A DNA stretch of 64,000 bases, from the NCBI GenBank assembly GCA_025774845.1, contig JALGZP010000002.1, positions 348 to 64,347 of the forward strand, in the 5' to 3' direction. This DNA comes from a bacterium (GTDB lineage Bacteria > Arandabacterota > Arandabacteria > Arandabacterales > Arandabacteraceae). Below are positions 53,977-63,747 of the stretch, piece by piece. Position 1 is the stretch's first letter. Every line of letters starts with the position of its first letter. The notes below the pieces were generated by a model. The model was given only the letters and a program-made list of their open reading frames with translations, was not told the DNA's origin and made no database searches. The position numbers and the translations under genes were made by a program.

Positions 53977-55326
53977 TTACAGGTGGAGGACGAACCTGGC
54001 GATCTCCAGATAGATGATAAGAGCTACTACATCGAGGACGCTGGCTATCAACGGCCCGGAAGCAACCGCGGGATCGAGTTTCACTTTCTTGAAGATCAGG
54101 GGAAGAACTGCCCCCAGTACTGTTGCGAACGTGACGACCGAGACCATGGCAAGTCCGACAGTCAAAGCCAGCCTGATGTTATTTTCAAGCACGTAACCCC
54201 TGAGCGCTCCCACGACTGCCACAACAATCCCGATGATCAGCCCGACAACGATCTCCTTCCAGAAGATACGAAGCGAATCGGAGAGTGATACCTCTCCCGT
54301 GGCAAGACCTCTAATGATAACTGTGGATGCCTGTGTCCCGGCATTTCCACCGGATGCATTAATAACCGGGATAAAGATGGCGAGTGCAAAAACGGTTGTT
54401 ATCATCGATTCATACCGGTGTATGATCATCCCCGAGACGAATCCCACGGCGGCAAGCAGGATTAGCCAGACGACCCTCTCACGCGCCAGCCTGAACGGGT
54501 TGGTGGGCAGATAACGAAGATGCTCACCGGCCGCCCCGTAGTGATACATGTCCTCTGTTGTCTCTTCCACAACAACATCCACAACATCATCGTGTGTGAC
54601 TATTCCGAGGAGTTTACCACCGGTATCGACAACGGGGACGGATACGAGATCATAGTCCTTGGCCACTCTCACAACTTCCTCGACATGCGAAGTCGCATGG
54701 ACAGACTTGACATCCGCCTTCATAACGTCCTTCACGCTTGCGAGGCTGGGGAGCACGAAGAGATCCTTGAGCAGAATCACACCGACGAGTTTCCTCGAGT
54801 TGTCAACAACATAGACGTTATACAGGGTGTCGCGGTCGGGAGCGATTCGTCGTAGCTCCCCGAGGGCCCCGCCAATCGTAAGATCGCCACTCACCGCTGC
54901 ATACTCGGTCGTCATGACCGATCCAGCCGTTCCTTCTTCGTACGTGACAAGCCTGGCGATCTCATTGCGTTTCGCCTGCGCGATCATAGGCAGAATCCTC
55001 TCCGCCACCTCCTCGGGAAGGGCCTTTATGAGATCCACCCGTTCATCCGGGTCCATCCGCTCAATCAGACGCGCATTGTCAGGCCTCTCCATGGTCTGGA
55101 GTACTTCAACCTGCACTTCGGTATCCAGCTTCTGAAAGGCATCGGGGCCGAGAGGATCGCCCAGAAGCAGTACGATCCGGGAAATCACCGGGGGCTCAAG
55201 TTCCGCGATGAACTCCGCAATGTCGTAGGGATCGTGCTCGCTCAGGAAGTCCCTGACAGCAACGGACCGGCCTTCCTCAAGCATCTCAAGGATCTCCGGT
55301 CCTATGATTGTGTTTCGTTCTCCCAT
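53977..55326 (-). CDS. mgtE: Magnesium transporter MgtE
   Basis: 449 aa. MgtE N-domain (PDERVDLIKALPEEVAERIL), two CBS domains and a 5-TM C-terminus with PVINASGGNAGTQAS. Confidence 0.9.
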   Translation of the reverse strand: MGERNTIIGPEILEMLEEGRSVAVRDFLSEHDPYDIAEFIAELEPPVISRIVLLLGDPLGPDAFQKLDTEVQVEVLQTMERPDNARLIERMDPDERVDLIKALPEEVAERILPMIAQAKRNEIARLVTYEEGTAGSVMTTEYAAVSGDLTIGGALGELRRIAPDRDTLYNVYVVDNSRKLVGVILLKDLFVLPSLASVKDVMKADVKSVHATSHVEEVVRVAKDYDLVSVPVVDTGGKLLGIVTHDDVVDVVVEETTEDMYHYGAAGEHLRYLPTNPFRLARERVVWLILLAAVGFVSGMIIHRYESMITTVFALAIFIPVINASGGNAGTQASTVIIRGLATGEVSLSDSLRIFWKEIVVGLIIGIVVAVVGALRGYVLENNIRLALTVGLAMVSVVTFATVLGAVLPLIFKKVKLDPAVASGPLIASVLDVVALIIYLEIARFVLHL

Positions 55327-55552
55327 ACGCCCCCATGCGCTTCCTGATCGCGCCGGTCAGGACTCGATGATAAGGTGTCCGGTTGTAGAAACTCAAGCGG
55401 TAAGATTAGTCTTACATCTACCTGGCAGGTTCGAAGCGAACGTAGTCCATCTTGCCGCCTCGTTGGCCGCTGATGAAGGAGAACCTCAGGGTGCAGGGAC
55501 CACCAAGGAGTTCAAACTGGCTGCTCCCGGCAGCCGTGTGGTAAGTAGGGCT

Positions 55553-56518
55553 TCAGCCGGCCCCCGAGCCTTCGTCGAGGAGTATATCTTCATATTGGTT
55601 AAGAGCGCTGCAACCCTCCACCTCAACCCGGAGGACAAGGGGCATATCCGGCCATGCGGCGTATCTCACACTCGCCGTGTAGGTTCCGGGGCCCGGGACC
55701 GTAATCGGGACCTCAATGTAATCCCCTTCATCATCCAGCCCGGCCACGGCCATACCCTCGGTCGCATACGCGCAGTACACTACCTCGATGGCATACGTAT
55801 GCGGGTCACCTGTGTCGAAGGCGAATGTGTAACGGTCGAGCTCCACATCAAAATTCGAGGCACCCGCAATCACTACGACCTTCGCTACCCCGCTCTTATC
55901 GGGACAGCCAACACTCGCGGCCCGTACCATCAGGGCGAGCGGTGATTCGGCCTTGGCGGGAGCGACATACATTCCATTGTCCGTGATGGTACCAACCACC
56001 TCGGGGTCTCCCGTGACAGCTGCAACCGACCAGACTACATCCGTGGTCGTGCAACCTGAGACCTCACTTGAAAACTCGAGGGAATCTGAAATGAAAACGG
56101 TCGCCGTGTCAGGGTCGACCTTGACAAAGGCCGTTGTGTCTTCCTTCGTAATGAAAATCGTGGCTTTAGCTTCAACCGTTGCATCTTCCATGGCCACCGC
56201 CTCGAGCGTAACTGAGGGTGGGACGAGCCCGAACGTTTCAGGCAGGCTATCCGGTGCAACATAGACGCCTTCGGTCGTTATCATTCCTACCCAGGGATCG
56301 CCGCCAGGAATTCCGTTCACATACCATGTTACATCAGGCGTATCACCATCGTAATCGACTTCGAAGGTCTCGGAGCAGCTGATCTCAATGGACATCGAAT
56401 TAGGAATTATGACCAGCTTTGGCTGAGGACCGGGGCCCTTGTCCTCGCCACAATGAAGACCGAGCACAATGCTCCCGGCAAGTGCCAGAAAACATACCAG
56501 TCTAGATCTGCTCGTCAC
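55553..56518 (-). CDS. Hypothetical lipoprotein with Ig-like repeats
   Basis: 321 aa with lipobox LGLHCG. Two similar Ig-like modules (TEGVYVAPD / DNGMYVAPA) and a C-terminal beta-sandwich-like region. Confidence 0.6.
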   Translation of the reverse strand: MTSRSRLVCFLALAGSIVLGLHCGEDKGPGPQPKLVIIPNSMSIEISCSETFEVDYDGDTPDVTWYVNGIPGGDPWVGMITTEGVYVAPDSLPETFGLVPPSVTLEAVAMEDATVEAKATIFITKEDTTAFVKVDPDTATVFISDSLEFSSEVSGCTTTDVVWSVAAVTGDPEVVGTITDNGMYVAPAKAESPLALMVRAASVGCPDKSGVAKVVVIAGASNFDVELDRYTFAFDTGDPHTYAIEVVYCAYATEGMAVAGLDDEGDYIEVPITVPGPGTYTASVRYAAWPDMPLVLRVEVEGCSALNQYEDILLDEGSGAG

Positions 56519-56520
56519 CT

Positions 56521-58053
56521 CTACCTCTTCCAGACAAGACCGATCTTTCCGGACTTGGCTTCCACCGCATTCAGGATGTCCCAGTCGGCTATCTTCTTTG
56601 CTATCGCCTGAATATCGGGGTAAAGCACCCGGTCCTTCTTGAGCGGTCTGACCACCTTACGAATCTCCTTATACGCCGCAAGTGTGCCGACCCCGGGCTT
56701 CCCGTCAAGGAAGTCGAGGGCCTGTGCACCCGACATCATTTCGATGGCTAGAATGTTGATTACGTTTCGAACTATTTCTTTGAGCTTGCGCACGCTGATC
56801 GGACCCATACACACATGGTCCTCCTGATCCGCCGCCATGCTGAAGTTGTCCACGATGGCCGGATGAGAAAGCAACTTGTTCTCGGAGCAAAGCGACGCAG
56901 CCGTGTATTGCGCGACCATCAGGCCCGAGTTCAGGCCCTCACCCTTCACGAGAAACGCAGGAAGACCCACGTTGAGATTGGGATTCATAAGCCGGTTGAT
57001 GTGCCGCTCGCTCAAGCCCCCGATCTCGCTCACCGCGATGGCAAGCAGGTCGAGCACCATCGCAACCGGCTGGCCGTGGAAGTTCCCGCAGGATATACGC
57101 TCCCTGTCGGCTGCGAAGAAGAGCGGATTATCCACGGCGGAGTTCATCTCGATCTCGATCTGTTGCCTTGCATAGTGAAGGGCGTCGATTGAGGGGCCGT
57201 AGACCTGGGGAATACACCGCAGGCTGTATGCATCCTGAACCTTCGTTCCCTTGCCGGCAAGCCTGCTGCCTCTGAGCAGCTTTCTCAGGTTGGCCGCAAC
57301 GACATTCTGTCCGTTGTAGGGTCTTATCTCGTGAACACGTTTGTCGTACCCGCCCAGAGGAGTCCTCAGGGCATCGGCCGACATAGCGCTCGCTATGATG
57401 GCGGTCTTCATCAGCCTGATCGCATCATAGAGTCTGAGTGCGCCGCAAGCGGTGAACATCTGTGTCCCGTTGATCAGCCCAAGACCCTCCTTGAAACTGA
57501 GATTGACGGGCTTGATGCCGGCGAGCGAAAGCGCCTTCTTCCCACTCATCAACTTGCCTTTGTAAAACGCCCTGCCCTCTCCCATCACAACTTCGGCCAT
57601 CTGTGAAAGCGGTGAGAGGTCACCACTCGTTCCGACCGAGCCTTTCTCGTTGATCGCAGGAATGACGTTCTTGTTGATCATCTTGATCAGGGTTTGAAGG
57701 GTGCTTAGCCGCACGGCCGAATAGCCTTTGGCCAGCAGGTTGGCCCTGAGGAGCATCGCTCCTCTGACCTCATCTTCCTCGAAGAAATCACCCACGCCTG
57801 CCGAGTGACTGTAGACGATCCGCTTCTGCAGCTCTTCACCTACTTCGGGTGGAACACGAACCCTTGAAAGCTCCCCGATACCGGTTGTAACACCGTAGAT
57901 CAACTGGCCTTCGGCCACCAGGTCCTCGACGGTCTTCCTGCACCTGATAACGGCCTTCTTGGCCTTGGGGGCAAGTCTCACGCGGGCGTGGTTGCGTGCG
58001 ACCTCGTGGACATCCTCGATTTTGAGTCTCTTGCCGTCAAGCTGTACGATCAT
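56521..58053 (-). CDS. hutH: Histidine ammonia-lyase (MIO-dependent)
   Basis: 510 aa. YGVTTGIG, the HAL-type SH pair in IVYSHSAGVG, and the MIO segment GSVGTSGDLSPLS (T142-S143-G144). Confidence 0.9.
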   Translation of the reverse strand: MIVQLDGKRLKIEDVHEVARNHARVRLAPKAKKAVIRCRKTVEDLVAEGQLIYGVTTGIGELSRVRVPPEVGEELQKRIVYSHSAGVGDFFEEDEVRGAMLLRANLLAKGYSAVRLSTLQTLIKMINKNVIPAINEKGSVGTSGDLSPLSQMAEVVMGEGRAFYKGKLMSGKKALSLAGIKPVNLSFKEGLGLINGTQMFTACGALRLYDAIRLMKTAIIASAMSADALRTPLGGYDKRVHEIRPYNGQNVVAANLRKLLRGSRLAGKGTKVQDAYSLRCIPQVYGPSIDALHYARQQIEIEMNSAVDNPLFFAADRERISCGNFHGQPVAMVLDLLAIAVSEIGGLSERHINRLMNPNLNVGLPAFLVKGEGLNSGLMVAQYTAASLCSENKLLSHPAIVDNFSMAADQEDHVCMGPISVRKLKEIVRNVINILAIEMMSGAQALDFLDGKPGVGTLAAYKEIRKVVRPLKKDRVLYPDIQAIAKKIADWDILNAVEAKSGKIGLVWKR

Positions 58054-58225
58054 CTTTTTCCTCCGGGTAACCCGACATATACGTTCAGGCTCCCACGAAT
58101 CTACTAAATATCCCGAACGCGGTCAAGGTGGGTCGCGAGGATGATACCGGGGATGAATGGCCGGCGACAGGAGTCACTGTGCCCCCGGAATGCATGATAC
58201 AGGTGATATCATCCGGAGAATCGGC

Positions 58226-58253
58226 TTGACACGGGTATGCTGTTTCTTATGAT
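58226..58253 (+). promoter_or_regulatory. Candidate sigma70 promoter for the two-component operon (TTGACA-N16-TATGAT)
   Basis: TTGACA at 58226..58231 and TATGAT at 58248..58253. Confidence 0.45.
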
Positions 58254-58358
58254 AATGATGGCTTGGGCAACACCCGTGGGAGCCGGCAACAACTCGGTGA
58301 AGCTAGTTCCTTGCAGTGGTAGAGCACTGGACCCCGTTATCCGGACAGGGGAGATCAC

Positions 58359-59813
58359 ATGAGAATAAGAGTTCGCTCGGTGCTCACCGCCGGACTCGGG
58401 ATAATAGTGGGTCTCTTTGCCCTTTCTACGCTGGTCACGATAGGGTCGGTGAGTCGGATCGGCAGGTTGGAGGAAAGCCTGGCACGTTTCGACCATGCGA
58501 AGCACGAAGGCCATCTTACCCTTTCGGCGGTCCAGAAGGCCTTCATGCACCAGTCCCAGATCATGATCCTCGGGAATCCCACACATATGGACCGGTACAC
58601 CGAGGCCCGCCGGGATGCACTGACACAACTGAAGAGGCTTGAGGAAGCCAGCGAGGCGGTCGGTGTGACGGAGGGGACGGATGAGATTCGGCAGACGTTT
58701 AATGAGCTCCAGCGCTACTTCGAGGAAGATGTACTGCCCGATCTGACGGAATCCGGATCCGAACGTATTACCCTTCATGACCACTTAGCAACGTTGACGG
58801 AACGAGCAGGAATTCTGAATCACGAACTCAACTCCATCCTCGAAGGTCGCAGTGCGGAAGCTCGTGACGAACTTAAAAACGTCCTCCGACTGACTCAGGC
58901 GGCCACCGTCACCATGCTCCTGCTCTCCGTTCTGGTCGCAGGCATAGTCGGGGTGGTTCTGGTTCGGCTCATAGCCCGTCCGGTTGCCGATCTGCACCAG
59001 GCACTGGAGGCCATCGGGGGCGGCAACCTGGATGTCCGAGTCAGTGCAGCCGGTCCCAAGGAACTCATGGATCTTGCTCAGGGTCTCAATGATATGGTAG
59101 CGGCGCTTCAGGAGAGCCGTCATCTAGTCGCACAACAGGAACGCCGGGCAGCCATAGGGGAGTTGGCTGCGGGAATTGCCCATGAGTTGAACAATCCGCT
59201 GGGCGTCATCAAGGGATATATCAAGGTGCTGCGCAAGGAGGTCAAGGGCCCGCAGTCCAACAAGGATCTGGATATCATTACTGACGAGGTCAATCAGTGT
59301 CAGCGAATAGTCCAGGGACTTCTCGAGCTGGCCCGCCCCCAGACACTCGAGATGCAGCAGGTCGAGCTCGTCGCAGTGGTGCGTGAAGCCCTGGAGCGCC
59401 TGGAAAAGGCCAGAACGACGGAAGGTCCGAGGATCACGCTCTCTACCGGCCCTGATAGGATTGAGGCCACTGTTGACAGTCAGGCAATCAAGCGCATTCT
59501 CATTAACCTCATAAACAATGCGACCGATGCCGCGGGCGCCGGCGGCGAGATCGACGTGACAGTAAGGGAAACAGATGGTACCGCAGTGATATCGGTCGCC
59601 GATTCTGGTAAGGGGATTCCATCGGAAATCCGTGACAATCTTTTTAAACCGTTTCAGACCACCAAGCCGAACGGCACCGGACTCGGGCTGGCCATCTGCG
59701 ATGCCCTGGTCAGGGCTCATGGCGGCCGTATCGAGGCGGGACCGGGGTCAAAGGGCGGGGCTCTTTTCCGTGTGATTTTGCCCAGCCGGGAGAGGAGTGA
59801 CAGCCACGGATGA
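58359..59813 (+). CDS. Sensor histidine kinase (2 TM, periplasmic helical domain, HAMP, HisKA, HATPase)
   Basis: 484 aa. H-box AAGIAHELNNPL, N-box LINLINNATDA and G-boxes DSGKGI / GTGLGLAI. Confidence 0.85.
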   Translation: MRIRVRSVLTAGLGIIVGLFALSTLVTIGSVSRIGRLEESLARFDHAKHEGHLTLSAVQKAFMHQSQIMILGNPTHMDRYTEARRDALTQLKRLEEASEAVGVTEGTDEIRQTFNELQRYFEEDVLPDLTESGSERITLHDHLATLTERAGILNHELNSILEGRSAEARDELKNVLRLTQAATVTMLLLSVLVAGIVGVVLVRLIARPVADLHQALEAIGGGNLDVRVSAAGPKELMDLAQGLNDMVAALQESRHLVAQQERRAAIGELAAGIAHELNNPLGVIKGYIKVLRKEVKGPQSNKDLDIITDEVNQCQRIVQGLLELARPQTLEMQQVELVAVVREALERLEKARTTEGPRITLSTGPDRIEATVDSQAIKRILINLINNATDAAGAGGEIDVTVRETDGTAVISVADSGKGIPSEIRDNLFKPFQTTKPNGTGLGLAICDALVRAHGGRIEAGPGSKGGALFRVILPSRERSDSHG

Positions 59814-61192
59814 GTGAATACAGGATTCTCGTGGTAGATGACAAGGAAACCATGCTCTCACTCTTCCAGCGCATACTGTCCGATCACCAGGTCCGCACCG
59901 CCAGTGATGGGGCGAAAGCGCTGGCCCTGATAGATGAAGACGAGCCCTTTGACCTCATCATCAGCGACATCCGTATGCCCGGGCTGGATGGTCTTTCCCT
60001 CCTGAAGGAGGTGAAGCAGATACATCCGGAGACAGAGGTCATCCTCATGACCGCCTATGCGGAGGTCGGCGATGCCGTGGAGGCGATGAAAGCAGGTGCC
60101 TCAGATTATCTGGTGAAACCGTTTGATCCCGACGAAGCCATCATCGTGGTCAACAGGGCATTGGAGATTCGCCGGCTGGGCCGGCAGGCAAAGCATTTGT
60201 GGGAATCCCTCGATGAAGCGCGTGGGTTCGGTCCGTTTATAGGTGAGAGCGAAGCCATGCAAAAGATTTACACATTGCTTGACAAGGCAGCGGTCAGCGA
60301 TGCCAACGTGCTCCTCCTGGGTGAGAGCGGGACAGGTAAGGAATTGGCTGCGCATACCATTCACCGGAACAGCCCCAGGCAGGACGGGCCCTTTGTACCC
60401 GTCAACTGTGGTGCACTGCCCGTCGAACTCGCCGAGTCCGAGCTCTTCGGCCACGTCAAGGGATCCTTTACAGGCTCGGTCCGGGATAAACCGGGTCTTT
60501 TCGAAGAGGCCGGAGGCGGCACACTCTTTCTCGACGAAATCAATGCCCTGCCTCGGGCTATACAGGTGAAACTAAACCGCGCGATCGAGGAGCATGAAGG
60601 CAGGCGCGTCGGAGCCAACACGCCGTACAAAGTAGACGTACGTCTGATGGCTGCTGCTAACGTCGATCTCAGAGCAGAAGTGGACGCCGGCAGGTTCCGG
60701 GAAGATCTGTACTTCAGACTGCATGTTCTGGCGATTCGCCTGCCGGCACTACGGGAAAGGAAAGAGGATATCCCTCTTCTGATAGCTCATTTTCTTGACA
60801 CGCTGGGGGCTAATCGAATAAAGGAATTGACTCCTGAGGCAATCAGGGTGCTGACGGCGTATTCGTGGCCCGGCAATGTTCGCGAGCTGCGCAACGCGGT
60901 GGAAAGTGCCCTTGCTCTTACCGAAGGTGACGACATCGGTGTCTCTGATCTTCCACTTCACATATCTGAAAGCTCGGCAGGCATGATACCTGCGGGGCAT
61001 CTGACCAGGCTGAGCTACCAGGAGGCCTGCGACCTGGGCAGGGATCGCATGGCGAGACGCTACCTGACGGCACTGATGAAGACATCCGGGGGCAATGTCA
61101 CAGTCGCCGCTGAGCGTGCCGGGGTGAAGCGTGAAACACTTCACCGGCTGCTTCGAAGACACGACATCGATCCGTCCGCATTCCGCCGTTAG
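59810..61192 (+). CDS. Sigma54-dependent response regulator (NtrC family: REC, AAA+, Fis-type HTH)
   Basis: 460 aa. DLIISDIRMPGLDG, Walker A GESGTGKE, ESELFGHVKGSFTGS (GAFTGA-type loop) and the C-terminal HTH AAERAGVKRETLHRLL. ATGA overlap with the kinase gene. Confidence 0.9.
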   Translation: MSEYRILVVDDKETMLSLFQRILSDHQVRTASDGAKALALIDEDEPFDLIISDIRMPGLDGLSLLKEVKQIHPETEVILMTAYAEVGDAVEAMKAGASDYLVKPFDPDEAIIVVNRALEIRRLGRQAKHLWESLDEARGFGPFIGESEAMQKIYTLLDKAAVSDANVLLLGESGTGKELAAHTIHRNSPRQDGPFVPVNCGALPVELAESELFGHVKGSFTGSVRDKPGLFEEAGGGTLFLDEINALPRAIQVKLNRAIEEHEGRRVGANTPYKVDVRLMAAANVDLRAEVDAGRFREDLYFRLHVLAIRLPALRERKEDIPLLIAHFLDTLGANRIKELTPEAIRVLTAYSWPGNVRELRNAVESALALTEGDDIGVSDLPLHISESSAGMIPAGHLTRLSYQEACDLGRDRMARRYLTALMKTSGGNVTVAAERAGVKRETLHRLLRRHDIDPSAFRR

Positions 61193-61371
61193 GGGGTCGA
61201 CCTCCGGGCGCGCCGGATTGTCTCAGGGTGAGCCCGGCCGGGGGCCGGGTCGGGCAGGTCGGAGTAATCTGTCCCGTCACGTGTAATCCTACAGGTCACA
61301 TATTCCTGCTGCTTGCGCAGCACTGAATTTGAAACTTATTGAAAACAATACGATTAACAGAGCATAGGCTT

Positions 61372-61387
61372 AGGCACGCCGATTGCA
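61372..61387 (+). promoter_or_regulatory. Sigma54 (-24/-12) promoter aGGCACG-N4-TTGCA
   Basis: GG at 61373..61374 and GC at 61385..61386, exactly 10 nt apart. Matches TGGCACG-N4-TTGCW at every position except the first T. Lies about 90 nt upstream of the ATG at 61477. Confidence 0.65.
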
Positions 61388-61476
61388 GAGGGTTACTGGC
61401 GTGAGGCCTTCCCCGCCAGATGGCCCAGAGGATCTGATGCCCGGATGCCGGGGAGAAAGTGAGAAGGAGGTTTGTT

Positions 61477-62346
61477 ATGTTGAGAGTCATATGTATGGTC
61501 GCCCTGGTGATCGCTCTGGCAGGCTTGCCTGCGCTTGCGGATGAGGAAAAGACTCAGACGGAAGAGACCCCCGAAGGTGGGGCAGCGACGACGACTAAAC
61601 AAGAGGTTGAAGCAGTGGAGAAGGCCGAGGATACGTATCCTCTTGATACGTGCATCGTCTCGGACGGCAAACTCGGATCGATGGGTGATCCCGTGGTCTA
61701 CGATCACGATGGACGCGAGATCAGGTTCTGCTGTAAGGGGTGTATCGGAGCATTTGAGAAGGATCCGAAAACCTATCTTGAGAAGATGGACAAAGCCATA
61801 ATCAAGAAGCAACTCCCCGATTATCCGCTTGAAACGTGCTTGGTCATGGGTCATGAGTTAGCGAGCGAGAAGGAGACCCCCGTCAACTACGTCTACGACA
61901 ACCAGCTCATACGCTTCTGCTGCGCGGCCTGTATCAAGACCTTCGAGAAGGATCCAGACAAGTATCTCAAGAAGATTGGGGAAGCCAAGGCCAAACGTGC
62001 AGCCAAGATTGAGCACGAAGCTCAAATGAAGCACGAAGGCCACATGGAGCAAAAGGAGCACGAGGGCCACATGAAGCACATGGAGCACGAGGGACATGGG
62101 CACATGACAGAGTCGAAAGCTACGAAGCATGCCGCTGTCGAGCCATACCCTCTGAGCACCTGCATCGTCTCAGGCGAAGAGCTGGGTTCTATGGGAGACC
62201 CGGTAACGCACGTATACGAAGGCCAGGAACTCAAGTTCTGCTGCGCGGGATGCATCGGGCAATTCAAAGAGGACCCTGAGAAGTACATAAAGCAAATGAA
62301 GGCTGCCGGGGCAGCGGCGGCAAAAGAGAGTCAAGGAACAGAGTAA
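61477..62346 (+). CDS. Periplasmic protein with three Cys-motif domains and a His/Met-rich linker (putative metal chaperone)
   Basis: The track start at 61459 is a GTG; the ATG at 61477 follows GAAGGAGG by 6 nt. Three copies of YPL.TC.V......(x17-19)..FCC.GCI..F..DP.KY. Linker is HEAQMKHEGHMEQKEHEGHMKHMEHEGHGHM. Confidence 0.75.
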   Translation: MLRVICMVALVIALAGLPALADEEKTQTEETPEGGAATTTKQEVEAVEKAEDTYPLDTCIVSDGKLGSMGDPVVYDHDGREIRFCCKGCIGAFEKDPKTYLEKMDKAIIKKQLPDYPLETCLVMGHELASEKETPVNYVYDNQLIRFCCAACIKTFEKDPDKYLKKIGEAKAKRAAKIEHEAQMKHEGHMEQKEHEGHMKHMEHEGHGHMTESKATKHAAVEPYPLSTCIVSGEELGSMGDPVTHVYEGQELKFCCAGCIGQFKEDPEKYIKQMKAAGAAAAKESQGTE

Positions 62347-62364
62347 CGGCGGAGGACACTAACA

Positions 62365-63747
62365 TTGACGACGCCTCGGATCTTCCAGCAGACGGATAGG
62401 GTGTTCTGGCTTGTATCGGCATTAGTCTTACTGGTGGTACTCTCAGGCTGTGCATCGGTGGGTGAACGACAGTCCTTCAGGGAGCTCCGAGAACTCTCAA
62501 GATCAGAGCATGTATCCGGCGATCGCGTGTTTACACGCGGTGACCTTCCCGAATTGCTGGAAGATGCTACGCTTCAAGATTACCTGGCCTATGCGGCACT
62601 CAGCAACCCGGGGCTCGAAGCAGCATTTGACGAGTGGAAGAGAGCCCTGGAGAAGGTCCCACAGGCTCGTACACTGCCCGACCCACGGTTCACCTACGCG
62701 CATTACATACGTGAGGTAGAGACCAGGGTGGGACCTCAGCGCCAGGCGTATAGCCTGATGCAGACCCTGCCGTGGTTCGGCAAACTCCGGCTGCGTGGCT
62801 ACGCGGCACTGGAAGGCTCGGATGCGGCTCATCAGAGGTACGAGGCGGCAAAGCTGAGACTCTTCTACCGCGTGAAGCACGCTTACTACGAGTACTACTA
62901 CCTGGCACGGGCCATCGCTATCACGGAAGAAAACATGAGGCTGCTTTCGAGTCTCGAGTCAGTCGCCCGGGCCAAGTTCAAGACCGGCATGGCACCCCAA
63001 CCGGCTATCATCAAGGCCCAGGTTGAGCTCGGCAAGCTTGAGGATCGCCTGAATAGCATGGAGGCCATGCGCAAGCCGACGGTTGCCAGGCTGAACGCCG
63101 CCCTCGGACGATCTACGGACAGCGACCTGCCCTGGCCTCAGAAAATAGTGCAGCAAGAGGCTGACCTCAAGGACGACGAACTCTTTGAAGAGCTAAAACA
63201 GAGTAATCCCGAGCTGCGTGCGCTTGCATTCATGACCGCCAAGGAAGAGGTATCAGTCAAACTCGCAAGGAAGAACTACTTCCCCGACATCACCCTTGGA
63301 GCGAAGTTTATCGACACGGGTGACGCGATGAACCCGGACATGGTGGACAGCGGCAAGGACCCGGTCATGGCAACGGTCTCGATTAACGTGCCGCTGTGGG
63401 TGGGGAAATACCGCGCCGGTGAGAGAGAGGCCCGCGCACGGGCCCACGCGGCAGCAAGTCGCCGCGAGGATCGTGAGAACAAGTTGTTGGCCGACCTGAC
63501 CATGGTCCTCTTCCATTTCCGCGACGCCGAACGCAAGATTGACCTGTATCATGACACGTTGGTTCCCAAGGCCGAACAGGCCCTTTCCACCACCCAAAGG
63601 GCTTTTGCCGCAGGCAAGGCGGATTTCTTCGACTTGATTGAGGCCGAGCGGACGCTGCTCGAGTTCCAACTTTCGTATGAGCGTGCGCTTGTCGATCGCG
63701 CCCAGCGGCTGGCCGAGATAGAGATGCTGATAGGCAGGGAGATATGA
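62365..63747 (+). CDS. Outer-membrane efflux lipoprotein (TolC/NodT family, CusC-like)
   Basis: 460 aa with lipobox VLSGCAS. Two OEP repeats are typical of RND outer-membrane factors. Confidence 0.85.
   Translation: MTTPRIFQQTDRVFWLVSALVLLVVLSGCASVGERQSFRELRELSRSEHVSGDRVFTRGDLPELLEDATLQDYLAYAALSNPGLEAAFDEWKRALEKVPQARTLPDPRFTYAHYIREVETRVGPQRQAYSLMQTLPWFGKLRLRGYAALEGSDAAHQRYEAAKLRLFYRVKHAYYEYYYLARAIAITEENMRLLSSLESVARAKFKTGMAPQPAIIKAQVELGKLEDRLNSMEAMRKPTVARLNAALGRSTDSDLPWPQKIVQQEADLKDDELFEELKQSNPELRALAFMTAKEEVSVKLARKNYFPDITLGAKFIDTGDAMNPDMVDSGKDPVMATVSINVPLWVGKYRAGEREARARAHAAASRREDRENKLLADLTMVLFHFRDAERKIDLYHDTLVPKAEQALSTTQRAFAAGKADFFDLIEAERTLLEFQLSYERALVDRAQRLAEIEMLIGREI

Noticed and set aside
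55327-55552. Possible Mg2+ (M-box) riboswitch in the 226-nt region upstream of mgtE
   Set aside because: I could not find the conserved M-box sequence blocks by eye. I see only a short hairpin GUAAGA-CUAA-UCUUAC and a GGCUGC-CGGGA-GCAGCC stem (55519..55535), which is more likely a weak terminator of the upstream gene. A covariance-model search is needed to decide.
58209-58784. 191-aa minus-strand ORF overlapping the kinase promoter and the 5' end of the kinase gene
   Set aside because: It has no RBS and no motifs. It overlaps a well-supported sensor kinase gene and its promoter.
61193-61300. GC-rich hairpin CCCGGC-CGGGG-GCCGGG after the response-regulator gene as a terminator
   Set aside because: No U-tract follows it, so I did not list it as a terminator feature. 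It may still pause or terminate transcription weakly.
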